Shown: piece by piece, positions 38,418 through 48,252 of the stretch
How the letters are laid out: the number at the start of each line of letters is the position of its first letter
Position numbering within the stretch: the stretch's first letter is position 1
DNA from: a virus
Lineage: Duplodnaviria > Caudoviricetes
IMG/VR virus record: IMGVR_UViG_3300032283_000554
Span: 1 to 64,000 of that record
Reading direction: 5' to 3' (one strand)
Length of the DNA stretch: 64,000 nucleotides
The notes under the pieces: model-generated
What the model was told of the DNA's origin: nothing
The model's database searches: none
What the model saw: only the letters and a program-made list of their open reading frames with translations
Translations under genes and position numbers: made by a program

Positions 38418-39134
38418 TCATTTCTTGTCTTTAGAGGTAAGATCAGTAATCTTTAACTTTAAAGACTTTATCTCGTGGCTGCCTAGGCTATTTCCTAAAT
38501 AGTCTACTGCATCTCTATAAAAATTTGTAAATCCGCCCTTTTTAGTAATTTCGTCCCAAACTTTTTGTCTTTTTTCTCGTTCTTTTAAATCCATACCTTC
38601 AAAAACTTTGTCTTTAATTTCAAGCTCGACATTTTGATACTCTTTTAATGATATTGGAATAAAAGTAGCAACTGGCATTCCAGCTGGAATTTTAATTATA
38701 GTATTTGGCCTTGTAATTCTCCAGGCAATAGGAATTGCTTCTTTTAAAACTGAAGTTGATATTACTGTTGTAAATGGGGTTGCTCCATCAACAAAAAAGT
38801 TAGGGGGAACGATTTGTAACATTGAAACGTTTTCAGGTGTATCAAAATAGAATCCAGAATAAAAACTTATAGTAGCGTTTCCTCTTACTGTTGTGGGAAC
38901 ACCTACTGGGCCTGATAATATGGTTACATGATCTGGGGTTGTATCTGAAATTCCATCCCAAATAAACTCAATATCATCTAAAAAAGAAATTGACCAGCCA
39001 ACTGTATTTGCCAGAGAAACTGGAAAACATTTGTAGGCATGAGCATCTAAAGTATCATCCATCCAGTCTCTTTTGACTTTAGTCTGTTCAATTTTAGATC
39101 TAGTCTGGTTATTTTTATATACTGTTATTTTCAT
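38418..39134 (-). CDS. DUF6065-like protein
   Basis: RDWMD....HAYKCFP.SLAN..GW N-terminal signature; W+ITRP...G.P...FIP. Confidence 0.7.
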   Translation of the reverse strand: MKITVYKNNQTRSKIEQTKVKRDWMDDTLDAHAYKCFPVSLANTVGWSISFLDDIEFIWDGISDTTPDHVTILSGPVGVPTTVRGNATISFYSGFYFDTPENVSMLQIVPPNFFVDGATPFTTVISTSVLKEAIPIAWRITRPNTIIKIPAGMPVATFIPISLKEYQNVELEIKDKVFEGMDLKEREKRQKVWDEITKKGGFTNFYRDAVDYLGNSLGSHEIKSLKLKITDLTSKDKK

Positions 39135-39825
39135 TTACTTCATTGTCCCATTTTGGATCATACATGTCTGGAGTATGAAATTTTTTACTGTAGTCAAGCA
39201 TTGTTACTATAGAGTATTTTGTTCCCTTGGTTACCGCTTTTGCTTGATGGGCATACATAAAATTAGATGGGAAAACATATAGATCTCCAGCCTTTGGTTT
39301 AATGTCTAGATTTTGAAGTCTAAAATAAAGCCCTCCATCATCATAATCATCGTTAACATATCCTACAAGAGAAACAACACAATTGTAAGAATACCCATGA
39401 TCTTGATGCTCCATAAAATGCTGGCTTTCTCCATATTTAATAAAGTTAAAAGCTTCCCAATACTTAAGCTCCATAATATTGTGTGCTTTGCAATAATCTA
39501 CAACTGCTGGATATTGAGCATCATATACATCTTGCCACAGAGCTTTTAGCTTTTCTGCATCTTCGCTTTTGTCTAAAGCAATATCACTTTTTTTAAACTT
39601 AATATCTACACAGTCTCTATAGTCTGGCATTAGTTGTTGATAGCCAACGTATGCTGGCTGGAAAGTATATCTTTTTTCTTTAGTTCCAACTTGCCCAACT
39701 GCACCCTCAAGCCTATTAATTATATCAAGGTCTTTTTTTAAGACATCTCTGTATACAAATATTCCAGGGGCTAGCTCTTCTTTGCTGCTCCAAGTAGGTG
39801 CTGTGCTTTTAGTTTGTGTTGTCAT
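39115..39825 (-). CDS. 2OG-Fe(II) oxygenase (prolyl 4-hydroxylase-like)
   Basis: HQD...YVNDDYDDGGL...KPKAGD...FPSNFMYAH...KYS. Confidence 0.85.
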   Translation of the reverse strand: MTTQTKSTAPTWSSKEELAPGIFVYRDVLKKDLDIINRLEGAVGQVGTKEKRYTFQPAYVGYQQLMPDYRDCVDIKFKKSDIALDKSEDAEKLKALWQDVYDAQYPAVVDYCKAHNIMELKYWEAFNFIKYGESQHFMEHQDHGYSYNCVVSLVGYVNDDYDDGGLYFRLQNLDIKPKAGDLYVFPSNFMYAHQAKAVTKGTKYSIVTMLDYSKKFHTPDMYDPKWDNEVNENNSI

Positions 39826-40619
39826 TTATAATCCCTCTTTGTCCAAACTTTTGATTTATATACTCCACCGTCAGGCTGACGATAAAAATTTGCATTTTCA
39901 ACTAATCTGTCTTGCATTTCTTTTATTTTTAAATATTCAACATCGTGATCCCAATCTTCTCTTTTAAATGGAAGAATCTGTAAGAATGGTGTTCCTTTTG
40001 GAATAGTGCCTTCCCAGTCTTTTGCAATAAAAAAAGGAAATGTTCCAAGTAAGTGAACTTTATCGTTGTCAACAACACCACTTGTATTTAAAAATGGTAA
40101 ATCAAATCTATTCATTGGTGTCATAAATAATGCACTATAGCCTTCTGGAACTTGAATTCCCCATTCTGGGTACCATGCAAAATGATCTTCGTAATATCCT
40201 ATAGGCGATGGGAATTGTTCCATAGGAGTTCTTTCTGTTACAAAACTAATATGCTTTTTGTCTTTTACTTCTACAGAAATCTTTCCATTTTTATTTTTTG
40301 AAAATACTAAATCGCATGGAGTGCTTAAAACATATCCAGTCATAAATGCATCTAATATTGCTGGGCAGGCTTTCCATGTAGGAATCTTGCCAAAATCTTT
40401 TGGGTCCCCCTCTTTTGAAACAGGACATACCTCTTTTGTGGCCTTATAGTATTCACCATTTGGCATCTTTGCAAATCTATCAGCCTCTTTATACCATGCA
40501 GGTATGCTTTGCTGTGTTGGTTTTGGCACTGATGGGCTAAACTTGTTTAGCCATGGCCTAAACGATTGAAATAATATTTTAATATTTTTTCCCGTTCTCT
40601 TTGTCATGATAAAGATCAT
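39822..40619 (-). CDS. DUF6065-related (dUTPase-like fold) protein
   Basis: IPAWYK...TWKACP...GY....PCD...W.I..PEGYS.LF..P.N...SGVVD.D...FPFF...[14 protein letters not shown]. Confidence 0.6.
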   Translation of the reverse strand: MIFIMTKRTGKNIKILFQSFRPWLNKFSPSVPKPTQQSIPAWYKEADRFAKMPNGEYYKATKEVCPVSKEGDPKDFGKIPTWKACPAILDAFMTGYVLSTPCDLVFSKNKNGKISVEVKDKKHISFVTERTPMEQFPSPIGYYEDHFAWYPEWGIQVPEGYSALFMTPMNRFDLPFLNTSGVVDNDKVHLLGTFPFFIAKDWEGTIPKGTPFLQILPFKREDWDHDVEYLKIKEMQDRLVENANFYRQPDGGVYKSKVWTKRDYK

Positions 40620-41286
40620 TGTAGTCCATCATAATAACAACAGAGTACTTTGTTCCCGACTCTATATTTAAAGATGCATGCTCATAAACAAAATTAGAAG
40701 GGAAAAGAATTATGTCTCCTGCTTTTGGTTTTAAAACAAGGTCGTGTCTTGGAAATTCAATCTCTCCGCCCTCGTAGTCATCATTTAGATAAACAACTGC
40801 AGAAACTGTACATGTGTAATATGGACCATGATCAGCATGAATTTTAAAAAATTCTCCTGGTAGATATTTAACAAAGTTAAATGCTTCTTTGTAATTAATG
40901 TTAAAATTCCAAACGGACTCATAATGTCTTAGTGATTTATTTAATCCAACATCAACAATATCATAGCATTCTCTTAAAACATCACTATCTGCAAGATAGT
41001 TACCAAGCTGATCTCTTTTAAACTTTAAATCATAACAATTTCTAGCATGACTGGTTGGCTCGGCTTTAGCATTAACAGTTGCTCCGTGCCACTTTATTCC
41101 ACGTTTATCCAAAGATATTTCTTCTTCAAGCATGTTGATTAATCTTTGGCAATCTTCTTGACTAATTGCATTTCTATAAAGATTTATTCCATATTCAAGA
41201 TTTTCAACAATCATGCCATTGTCAATTTCTTTTGGTTCAACTCTTGAAGTTGTTTTTTCAATTCGTGGCAGGTCATACCATTCCAT
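40579..41286 (-). CDS. 2OG-Fe(II) oxygenase (prolyl 4-hydroxylase-like)
   Basis: HAD...[11 protein letters not shown]...[16 protein letters not shown]...KYS. Confidence 0.85.
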   Translation of the reverse strand: MEWYDLPRIEKTTSRVEPKEIDNGMIVENLEYGINLYRNAISQEDCQRLINMLEEEISLDKRGIKWHGATVNAKAEPTSHARNCYDLKFKRDQLGNYLADSDVLRECYDIVDVGLNKSLRHYESVWNFNINYKEAFNFVKYLPGEFFKIHADHGPYYTCTVSAVVYLNDDYEGGEIEFPRHDLVLKPKAGDIILFPSNFVYEHASLNIESGTKYSVVIMMDYNDLYHDKENGKKY

Positions 41287-41348
41287 AGTATCTCATTTCT
41301 ACTATAACATCTTATCATACTATTCTAGAAAAGAAAAGTATATTTTAT

Positions 41349-41726
41349 TTAGTATCCCCGAAAGTATGGGAAGTATGGTCCGCCGCCAAATGATGGGAAG
41401 AACGGTCCGAATCCTGGGAAGAACGGTGGGAAGAACGGTCCGAATCCTGGGAAGAACGGTGCCTTAAATCCTGGGAAGTATGGTCCGAATCCTGGGAAGA
41501 ACGGTGGGAAGAATGGTGGGAAGAATGGGAAGAACGGTGGGAAGAACGGTGGGAAGAACGGTGGGAAGAACGGTGGGAAGAATGGGAAGAACGGTGGGAA
41601 GAATGGGAAGAACGGTGGGAAGAATGGTGGGAAGAATGGTGGGAAGAATGGTGGGAAGAATGGGAAGAACGGTGGGAAGAACGGGAAGAATGGTGGGAAG
41701 AAAGGCGGGAAGAACGGGAAGAACGG
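41349..41726 (-). repeat. Coding tandem repeat of 9- and 12-nt units (PFF / PPFF)
   Basis: Plus-strand units gggaagaa(c/t) and ggtgggaagaa(c/t) in mixed order. Confidence 0.95.
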
Positions 41727-42329
41727 AGCTATAGTTGTAACGCTACCCGTTGCATTTGAAGCCAAAGACGTTCCATTTATGTTAGTAGCAGTTACAGAAT
41801 ATGTTTGAGATGTATTTGGTGTATCTGCAATTACTGCAGATGTTGCATTAGATGCTAAGTTACCTGAAACTGATCCGTCTGTTCCAGTAACATTATGTCT
41901 TGTTATTGGAGAGTTGCCTGTTGCGCCAATTGTCCAATTTATGGTATTTTGATTTACTCCAGCGGTTGCTGAAGCAGATTGTGGCGCTTGTGGAACTGTG
42001 CTTACTGTTACTGCTGCTGAAGTAAGCGAAACAAGAGACGTTCCAGCGGCATTGGATGCTGTCATTGTAAATGTTGGATTTGCTACTGATGCAAAGCCCG
42101 TTACAATAATTGGAGATGATGATCCAGTTGCTGTTTGGCCAGTGCTAGCTGTTACTGTATAAGATGTTGCTGGTGGAGATGCTGCTGGCAAAGAAAAGGT
42201 GATGGTTACGGCTCCGTTGTTATAAGGTCGATCTGTTCCGACGTTTACAGCACTATCAATTATTGGTTTGCTTGGCTCCAAAAAATTGTCTTGCGCCGAA
42301 GATTTTCTACCTATTCTTTTGTTTGCCAT
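41349..42329 (-). CDS. FN3-like protein with ~125-aa C-terminal Pro/Phe repeat tail
   Basis: Two FN3-like units (TSYTVTAS...FTMTASNAAGTS; W...G.SPIT...YSVTATNINGTS), then (PFF/PPFF)n grading into PGFGP(F/Y)F units. Confidence 0.85.
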   Translation of the reverse strand: MANKRIGRKSSAQDNFLEPSKPIIDSAVNVGTDRPYNNGAVTITFSLPAASPPATSYTVTASTGQTATGSSSPIIVTGFASVANPTFTMTASNAAGTSLVSLTSAAVTVSTVPQAPQSASATAGVNQNTINWTIGATGNSPITRHNVTGTDGSVSGNLASNATSAVIADTPNTSQTYSVTATNINGTSLASNATGSVTTIAPFFPFFPPFFPPFFPFFPPFFPFFPPFFPPFFPPFFPPFFPFFPPFFPFFPPFFPPFFPPFFPPFFPFFPPFFPPFFPGFGPYFPGFKAPFFPGFGPFFPPFFPGFGPFFPSFGGGPYFPYFRGY

Positions 42330-42358
42330 TTATTTAACCCCTGTCTTTGATTTTTTCA

Positions 42359-45148
42359 TTACGCTGTTAGATCTCCAGCTAGTAACCAAGTATTTGTTGC
42401 TACCTTGGTAAGAGTTGCTGATGAGTATGTAGTTCTTAATGTTAATCCTGGTGTACGAAGAATTGTAACTGTACCATCTGCCGCTACAAAGTTTGCGCCA
42501 GTTCCTGATGCTTGATAGAAATCAATTGATGTACCAATTGGGAAGGCTGTTGTTGCATTTGTTGGTATTGTAATTGCCCGTGTACCTGCAATTGGGATAA
42601 GTTGATCTCTTAGGGCAAGGCCACCTGTTGATAGGTTATATGCTGCTGAGATTTCAGTTCCAATTGTTGTAAGTGATGGGACACCAGCCTTTGTCTGTGT
42701 TCCGTCTGTAAACGCTACACCTGCGGCTGCAACTGTTACTGTACCTGTAAATGTTGGAGAAGCAAGTGGGGCCTTTAGACCAAGGTTTGTTGTTACTGTT
42801 GATGCAAAGTTTGCATCGTCACCAAGTGCTGCAGCAAGTTCATCAAGTGTGTTAAGAGCAGCTGGTGCGCCTGTTAGTAGTGCATTAACTTGTGATGTTG
42901 CATCTGCAATTGCTTCTGCTTTAGCGGTTGCAATTGCTGAAGCCTGTGCTGTAGATACTGGCTTTGCTGTATCAGCTGTATTATCAGCGGATCCTAGGCC
43001 AACCATTGTCTTTGTGATACCAGATACTGTACCAGTAAATGTTGGCGATGCTAGTGGTGCCAGTAATCCAAGGGCTGTGTCAAGTCCTGAAATCTTAGAT
43101 GTTGCAATTGCTGCTGATGGATTTATATCAGCATTTACAATTGTGTCTGGTGCAATCTTTCCAGTTGTTACTGCATCATTTGCAATTTTTCCTTCAGTTA
43201 TTGATGAATCTGCAATTTTTCCAGTTGTTATTGCTAAATCTGCAACATCTGCTGTTGCAACCGCTCCATCAGCAATCATTCCAGATGTAACTGTTCCTGC
43301 TGGAAGTGTTACTGTGCCAGTAAATGTTGGAGAAGCTAGTGGTGCTTTAAGATCAATCTGTGTTTGAATGTTTGAGCTTGCTCCATTAAGAAGATCTAGC
43401 TCAACTGATGAAATATTTCCAATGCTTGTTGTTGCAGGAAGAGATACTGTTCCTGTAAATGTTGGTGAAGCAAGTGGGGCGTATGTAGTTGCTGCTGTTG
43501 CTGAAGCCAACTTAGCATCAATCTGAGTCTGTACGTTTGCTGTAACTCCGTTAAGAAGCTCTAGCTCTTCTGCTGAGATATTACCAATGCTTGTTGTTGC
43601 AGGAAGAGAGACTGTTCCAGTAAATGTTGGTGCTGCAAGTGGGGCGTATGTAGTTGCTGCTGTTGCTGAAGCCAACTTAGCATCAATCTGAGTCTGTACG
43701 TTTGCTGTAACTCCGTTAAGAAGCTCTAGCTCAGTTGATGAAACCAAGCCTATGCTTGTTGTTGAAGGCAAAGATACTGTTCCAGTAAATGTTGGTGAAG
43801 CAGCGGGTGCCTTAGCATCAATCTGAGTCTGTACGTTTGCTGTAACTCCGTTAAGAAGCTCTAGCTCAGTCGCTGAAACCAAACCAATGCTTGTTGTTGC
43901 AGGAAGAGAAAATGTTCCAGTAAATGTTGGGGTATCAATTGTTGGAGCATTAATTGTTTTATTAGTTAATGTTTGAGTTTCAGATGTTCCAACAACTACT
44001 CCTGGAAGGGCTTTTCCTAAAACTGTGTTTACTGTTAAAACGTCAATATTGTTTATCTTAACAGCTTTATCTCCAGGAATATTAATATTTTCTGAAATAT
44101 CCCATGCTGATTTTGCAAGGCTATACTTGATTGATTTATCAGTTGTTCCCTTTAGAATTATTCCGCCTTGATCTGCAGCGGCATCAGTTGGTGTTGCTGT
44201 TTGTCCTAAAACAATATCTTTATCTTGAACTGTAAGTGTGGTTGAGTTAATTGTTGATGTTGATCCATTTACTGTCAAGTTTCCAGAAAGTGTTAGGTTA
44301 ACTGCAGTAGCGTCTCCAGTAAGTGCTGGTGACTGTAAAGGAGCCTTTAAATCTAATGCTGATAATGCTGCAAGTGAGACTGGCTTGTTTGCATCTGAAG
44401 TATTATCAACATTAGACAAACCAACGTCTGACTTAATAATTCCAGTTGGGGTATTTATTGCTGGAGATGTAAGAGTCTTATTTGTAAGAGTTTGTGTTCC
44501 TGTTGTAGTCGCAAGTATGCTTGTGTCAGCAATGCCATGTACTGCTGTTGTGTCAGATTCGTGAGTTGAAAGTGCTGTTCCTGCTGCAGATGCTGCTGCA
44601 GAAATTGCTTCTGACTTAGCGGTTGCTACGTTTGCTGTAGTTGCTAAAAGTGAAGTGTCTGCAATACCATGTACTGATGTTGTGTCAGCCTCGTGTGTTG
44701 CTATTGCTGCTGATATTGCAGCTGTGGCTGATATTTCCCGCCAGTTGCCATTTGTGCTTGCAGGGGAAGAGGCAAGTACATATGTTGTGCCGTTGTCTGC
44801 TTGAATTGCAATATCGCCAGGCTCTGCCGTTAAAGCTAAACGTGCAGCTTGGTTTGCTGCTGAAGAAACTGTGACTTTTGCTAATGGTGGCAGCTGAGCA
44901 GAAGGAATAAATCCTGATGAGTCCAATGAAGCAACACCATTTGCAACACCTTTTGTACTTAGAAGAATATAATCGTCTACTGTTTGTGAGAGAGCATAAC
45001 TTAGTGAGTTCCAAGCAGTGCTTCCATCTCCAAATTTAAATGTATTAGTATCTGTTTCAATACCAATTTCTCCAGCTGCTAGGATTGGATTTGCTGAATC
45101 CCATTGAGCTTCTGTGCCTCTTCTTAACTGTAATCTTACTGTTGCCAT
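42359..45148 (-). CDS. Fibre-like virion protein with Mtd-N/hyaluronidase-N-type N-terminus
   Basis: RLQLRRGT...W...NPILAAGEIGIETDT..FKFGDG..AWNSL; repeated APLASPTFTGT; C-terminal FPIGT...TLTKVATNTWLLAGDL. Confidence 0.8.
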   Translation of the reverse strand: MATVRLQLRRGTEAQWDSANPILAAGEIGIETDTNTFKFGDGSTAWNSLSYALSQTVDDYILLSTKGVANGVASLDSSGFIPSAQLPPLAKVTVSSAANQAARLALTAEPGDIAIQADNGTTYVLASSPASTNGNWREISATAAISAAIATHEADTTSVHGIADTSLLATTANVATAKSEAISAAASAAGTALSTHESDTTAVHGIADTSILATTTGTQTLTNKTLTSPAINTPTGIIKSDVGLSNVDNTSDANKPVSLAALSALDLKAPLQSPALTGDATAVNLTLSGNLTVNGSTSTINSTTLTVQDKDIVLGQTATPTDAAADQGGIILKGTTDKSIKYSLAKSAWDISENINIPGDKAVKINNIDVLTVNTVLGKALPGVVVGTSETQTLTNKTINAPTIDTPTFTGTFSLPATTSIGLVSATELELLNGVTANVQTQIDAKAPAASPTFTGTVSLPSTTSIGLVSSTELELLNGVTANVQTQIDAKLASATAATTYAPLAAPTFTGTVSLPATTSIGNISAEELELLNGVTANVQTQIDAKLASATAATTYAPLASPTFTGTVSLPATTSIGNISSVELDLLNGASSNIQTQIDLKAPLASPTFTGTVTLPAGTVTSGMIADGAVATADVADLAITTGKIADSSITEGKIANDAVTTGKIAPDTIVNADINPSAAIATSKISGLDTALGLLAPLASPTFTGTVSGITKTMVGLGSADNTADTAKPVSTAQASAIATAKAEAIADATSQVNALLTGAPAALNTLDELAAALGDDANFASTVTTNLGLKAPLASPTFTGTVTVAAAGVAFTDGTQTKAGVPSLTTIGTEISAAYNLSTGGLALRDQLIPIAGTRAITIPTNATTAFPIGTSIDFYQASGTGANFVAADGTVTILRTPGLTLRTTYSSATLTKVATNTWLLAGDLTA
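43320..43935 (-). repeat. Internal repeats in fibre gene
   Basis: About four near-identical SPTFTGTVSLP.TTSIG..S..ELELLNGVTANVQTQIDAK units, conserved at DNA level. Confidence 0.85.
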
Positions 45149-45201
45149 TTTGTTACCCCTTATATATTTTATTTATACTGCTTATTGTATCATTTATTGC
45201 T

Positions 45202-45567
45202 TTAAGATATGACTCCAGAGTCAAAAACCATAGAAACATCGGCATCTGTAGAAGATGGAGATCCACCATCTACAAATTTGCTTGTTCCTTCAGGGGTAAC
45301 TCCGTTTGCCTGTACTGTATATATTGGCTGTCCGTTATAATCAATGGCTAAACCAATATCCATAAAACTAATCTGTGAAGCTATATCTGGAATCTCTGAA
45401 TTAAGTGCAATTGGTACCCAAGTGCCATTTAATTGAAGCTGTAGCTTATTTGTTGCTGTATCAAATCTAAGGGGTGTTGTTCCTAAAACGACGTTAGACC
45501 CAAATGTGGCAGTACCTGCTACATTGAGTCCATTCTTTACTTTAAAATTCTTATTATCTGTTGCCAT
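45202..45567 (-). CDS. Small virion/fibre-associated protein
   Basis: N-terminus MATDNKNFKVKNGL is paralogous to the adjacent gene's MATVNKNFRIKNGL. Confidence 0.65.
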   Translation of the reverse strand: MATDNKNFKVKNGLNVAGTATFGSNVVLGTTPLRFDTATNKLQLQLNGTWVPIALNSEIPDIASQISFMDIGLAIDYNGQPIYTVQANGVTPEGTSKFVDGGSPSSTDADVSMVFDSGVIS

Positions 45568-45636
45568 TTAAGTTCACATATCCCCTAAGTGTTTTGGTGG
45601 GGTTTTTAAAAGGAACCCCATAACCTCGTTATTTAA

Positions 45637-47298
45637 TTATTTAATTAATGTTCCAACAACGACAACTTCAGTGTTAGCGTTTGCTGGTGTTACTCTAACT
45701 CTTACATCTGTTCCAGAATAATCTGCTGTTACTGCAGCCAATTCTGTTCCGTTTGAATATGTAATGCCATATTCAGAAACTGCTACGTTATTTGCAGTAT
45801 CAAGTGTTACTACTAGGTCTGAAACCTGAGTGTGAACACCATTCTTTACCTTAACAACAAGCTTAGCGCTTCTGTAGTCTGTTGCGGTCCACGCAATAGC
45901 TGTTGTTTCTGCTGCTACTGCAATATTTCCAGTTGTTGCTGCAACTTGCTTAGCAACAGAGTTGTAATTAATTGCTGTGAATGCTGTAGTTCCATTTTGC
46001 TGTGCTGTGTTTGCTGCTGCTGCTGTTGCTTCTGCTGCTGCTTGAGCTGCGTTAGCCTTAGTTGTGGCATCTGATGCTGCTGCTGAGATAGCGGCTGCTT
46101 GTGCTGCGTTAGCCTTAGTTGTGGCATCTGATGCTGCTGCTGAGATAGCGGCTGCTTGTGCTGCGTTAGCCTTAGTTGTGGCATCTGCTGCTGCAGTTGA
46201 TACTGAAGCTGCATCGCCTGATACTCTAAGTGCGGCTTCTGCTGCTACTTTGGCAGTTGCGTCTGATGCTGCTGCTGCTTCTGCTGCGTCTGCCTCTGCC
46301 TTAGCAAATGCTGTGGTTGCAATCTGAGTTGTATTAGTATCTGCTGCTGCAGTAGGTGCTGTAGGTGTACCAGTAAGTGCTGGTGAAGCAAGTGGAGCTT
46401 TTGCTGCCAAAGCAGTTGTCATTGTTGTTGCATAGTTATGATCATCATTGATTGCTGCGGCTAATTCATTTAATGTGTCGAGAAGCTCTGGCGCACCAGT
46501 TGTTAGTACGCTTACTGCTGAAGAAATTGCTGTATTTCGGTCTGAAACCTCTGTTGCAATTGCTGTTGAAATTGCTGATGCTGAAGCTGAAGCTGCTGCT
46601 GCAATTGCTTCTGTTTTAGCTGTTGCTACATTTGCTGTAGTTGCTAGAAGAGAAGTATCTGCAATACCATGAATATTTGTTGTATCTGATTCGTGATTTG
46701 AAAGTGCTGTTGCTGCTGCTGAGATAGCTGCTGCTTGTGCTGCGTTAGCCTTAGTTGTGGCATCTGATGCTGCTGCTGAGATAGCGGCTGCTTGTGCTGC
46801 ATTAGCCTTAGTTGTGGCATCTGCTGCTGCAGTTGATACTGAAGCTGCGTCGCCTGATACTCTAAGTGCTGCTTCTGCTGCTACCTTTGATGTAGCATCT
46901 GATGCTGCTGCTGCAATTGCTGCTGATTGTGCTCCTGCTGCTGAGCCTGCTGCATCGTAGGCTGCTGCTGTTGCTGAAAGTGCACGAGCATTTGTAAAGT
47001 AAAGGTTTGCGCCTTCTGCAAGGTCGTCTGTGTCATGATTTGAAAGACTTGAAACGGTACCTGTTACGTTACCAACAAATGTTGCAGTAATTGTTCCTGC
47101 AGCAAAGTTTCCATTGGCGTCACGCTTTACAACCTTATTAGCTTCGTTAGCTGAAGTTGCTGTACCACCAATAAGACCAACAATATAGTCTTGGTCTGCT
47201 TGAGCCTTGGTTAATACACCAAAGCCGTTAACGGTAGCGGTGCCACCTTCAACGATAAGCCCATTTTTAATTCTAAAGTTTTTATTTACTGTTGCCAT
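45637..47298 (-). CDS. Ala-rich coiled-coil fibre protein
   Basis: DATTKANAAQAAAISAAAS repeats; APELLDTLNELAAAINDD fibre motif; C-terminal YRSAK...SEYG domain. Confidence 0.75.
   Translation of the reverse strand: MATVNKNFRIKNGLIVEGGTATVNGFGVLTKAQADQDYIVGLIGGTATSANEANKVVKRDANGNFAAGTITATFVGNVTGTVSSLSNHDTDDLAEGANLYFTNARALSATAAAYDAAGSAAGAQSAAIAAAASDATSKVAAEAALRVSGDAASVSTAAADATTKANAAQAAAISAAASDATTKANAAQAAAISAAATALSNHESDTTNIHGIADTSLLATTANVATAKTEAIAAAASASASAISTAIATEVSDRNTAISSAVSVLTTGAPELLDTLNELAAAINDDHNYATTMTTALAAKAPLASPALTGTPTAPTAAADTNTTQIATTAFAKAEADAAEAAAASDATAKVAAEAALRVSGDAASVSTAAADATTKANAAQAAAISAAASDATTKANAAQAAAISAAASDATTKANAAQAAAEATAAAANTAQQNGTTAFTAINYNSVAKQVAATTGNIAVAAETTAIAWTATDYRSAKLVVKVKNGVHTQVSDLVVTLDTANNVAVSEYGITYSNGTELAAVTADYSGTDVRVRVTPANANTEVVVVGTLIK
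46040..46900 (-). repeat. Duplicated Ala-rich coding repeats
   Basis: 57-nt unit (gcgttagccttagttgtggcatctg...) repeated in two blocks, ~46040-46270 and ~46710-46900. Confidence 0.85.
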
Positions 47299-47324
47299 TT
47301 ATATGACTCCCTTTACTGCTTTTT

Positions 47325-47888
47325 TTATGCTTTTAATGCTGTTCTAAAATATCTTACTTTTATTGATCCTGAAACAGGGGTTACACATAGACTTATTATA
47401 CCGCTATTTTCTTCAAAAGTAACGGTAGCAAGCGATTGATCTGTGTTTGACACCATGTCTGATTCTGATATATAAACATCAGTTCCGTCGTTTAACAAAA
47501 GTATAGTTGATGTAGATGTTAGGTTGCCAACAGACTTGTGAATCTGCAGTGAGTACCTGGCTGTTTTGTATACTGTCTTTGAAAATGAATCTATAGCAGT
47601 TTTGTTTTCTATTCCGTCTATAGTTAGATCGTTGTTTCCATCTAAGCCTAAAAGCTCTGAAGCATTCTCTGCATCTAGAGTAGCCAAGCTTGTTTGAAGC
47701 TGGCTTACTTTATAGTCTATTGAGTTTACATCTGTTGATCCGTTTACGCCAAGCTTACTTTCAATTGCCTCAATTGCATCATTGACGTTACCATGCAGTG
47801 TTGCATGGCTTTCCATTGATTCAGTTGCGGCAGGATTAGTAAGGTTATCTTTTGATGTAGGGTAATTAGTCGCCAATTTGTCCTCCAT
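47325..47888 (-). CDS. Virion/fibre-associated protein (start uncertain)
   Basis: ATNYPTSKD.L.NP...H...NDAIEAIE.KLG motif; C-terminal YKTARY..Q...SE domain like 45637..47298. Confidence 0.65.
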   Translation of the reverse strand: MEDKLATNYPTSKDNLTNPAATESMESHATLHGNVNDAIEAIESKLGVNGSTDVNSIDYKVSQLQTSLATLDAENASELLGLDGNNDLTIDGIENKTAIDSFSKTVYKTARYSLQIHKSVGNLTSTSTILLLNDGTDVYISESDMVSNTDQSLATVTFEENSGIISLCVTPVSGSIKVRYFRTALKA

Positions 47889-48243
47889 CCAACAATGTTA
47901 GTTCTGTATAGCTTGCATTTGTATACGATGATGTTGGAGTACCACCGTCTATGCCAATTATAGCAGGATTTGTTTCTAAAACACCTGCATTATTGTTAAT
48001 GTCTTCAGAAAAGTTTATTGTTTCTTGCAAGTTAACTGTGTGTACATTTCCATCATAAGAATGTGTGTGCATGTAGAATGGAGCGGGATCGGTAGAGCCA
48101 GGAGTTAAGTCAACCCACACTGCACCGTTGTAAATTTTAATGTTTTTGCTTGTTACATTAAAGTATACATCTCCAGATGATCCCACAATGGGATCTTCTG
48201 CAAGTGTGAGTAGATTTAGTAATGACTTAAACTTTTTGGCCAT
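47866..48243 (-). CDS. Small virion protein
   Basis: DP..GSSGDVYFN....IKIYNG..W motif shared with the adjacent gene; (I/L)DGG motifs. Confidence 0.6.
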   Translation of the reverse strand: MAKKFKSLLNLLTLAEDPIVGSSGDVYFNVTSKNIKIYNGAVWVDLTPGSTDPAPFYMHTHSYDGNVHTVNLQETINFSEDINNNAGVLETNPAIIGIDGGTPTSSYTNASYTELTLLDGGQIGD

Positions 48244-48252
48244 TTGAAATCC

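Noticed and set aside
35577-41286. Oxygenases as DNA-modifying TET/JBP or AlkB enzymes
   Set aside because: Motifs (Y.NDDY.GG, P..G....FP) are P4H-type and the context is virion genes rather than replication; not fully excluded without assay
41213-41734. Plus-strand ORFs encoding GRTV/GRMV repeats
   Set aside because: Antisense shadows of the PFF repeat; no RBS and opposite to the operon
42359-45148. Diversity-generating retroelement (Mtd-like N-terminus)
   Set aside because: No reverse transcriptase and no TR/VR pair with adenine-specific mismatches seen; the N-terminal domain is a generic fibre anchor
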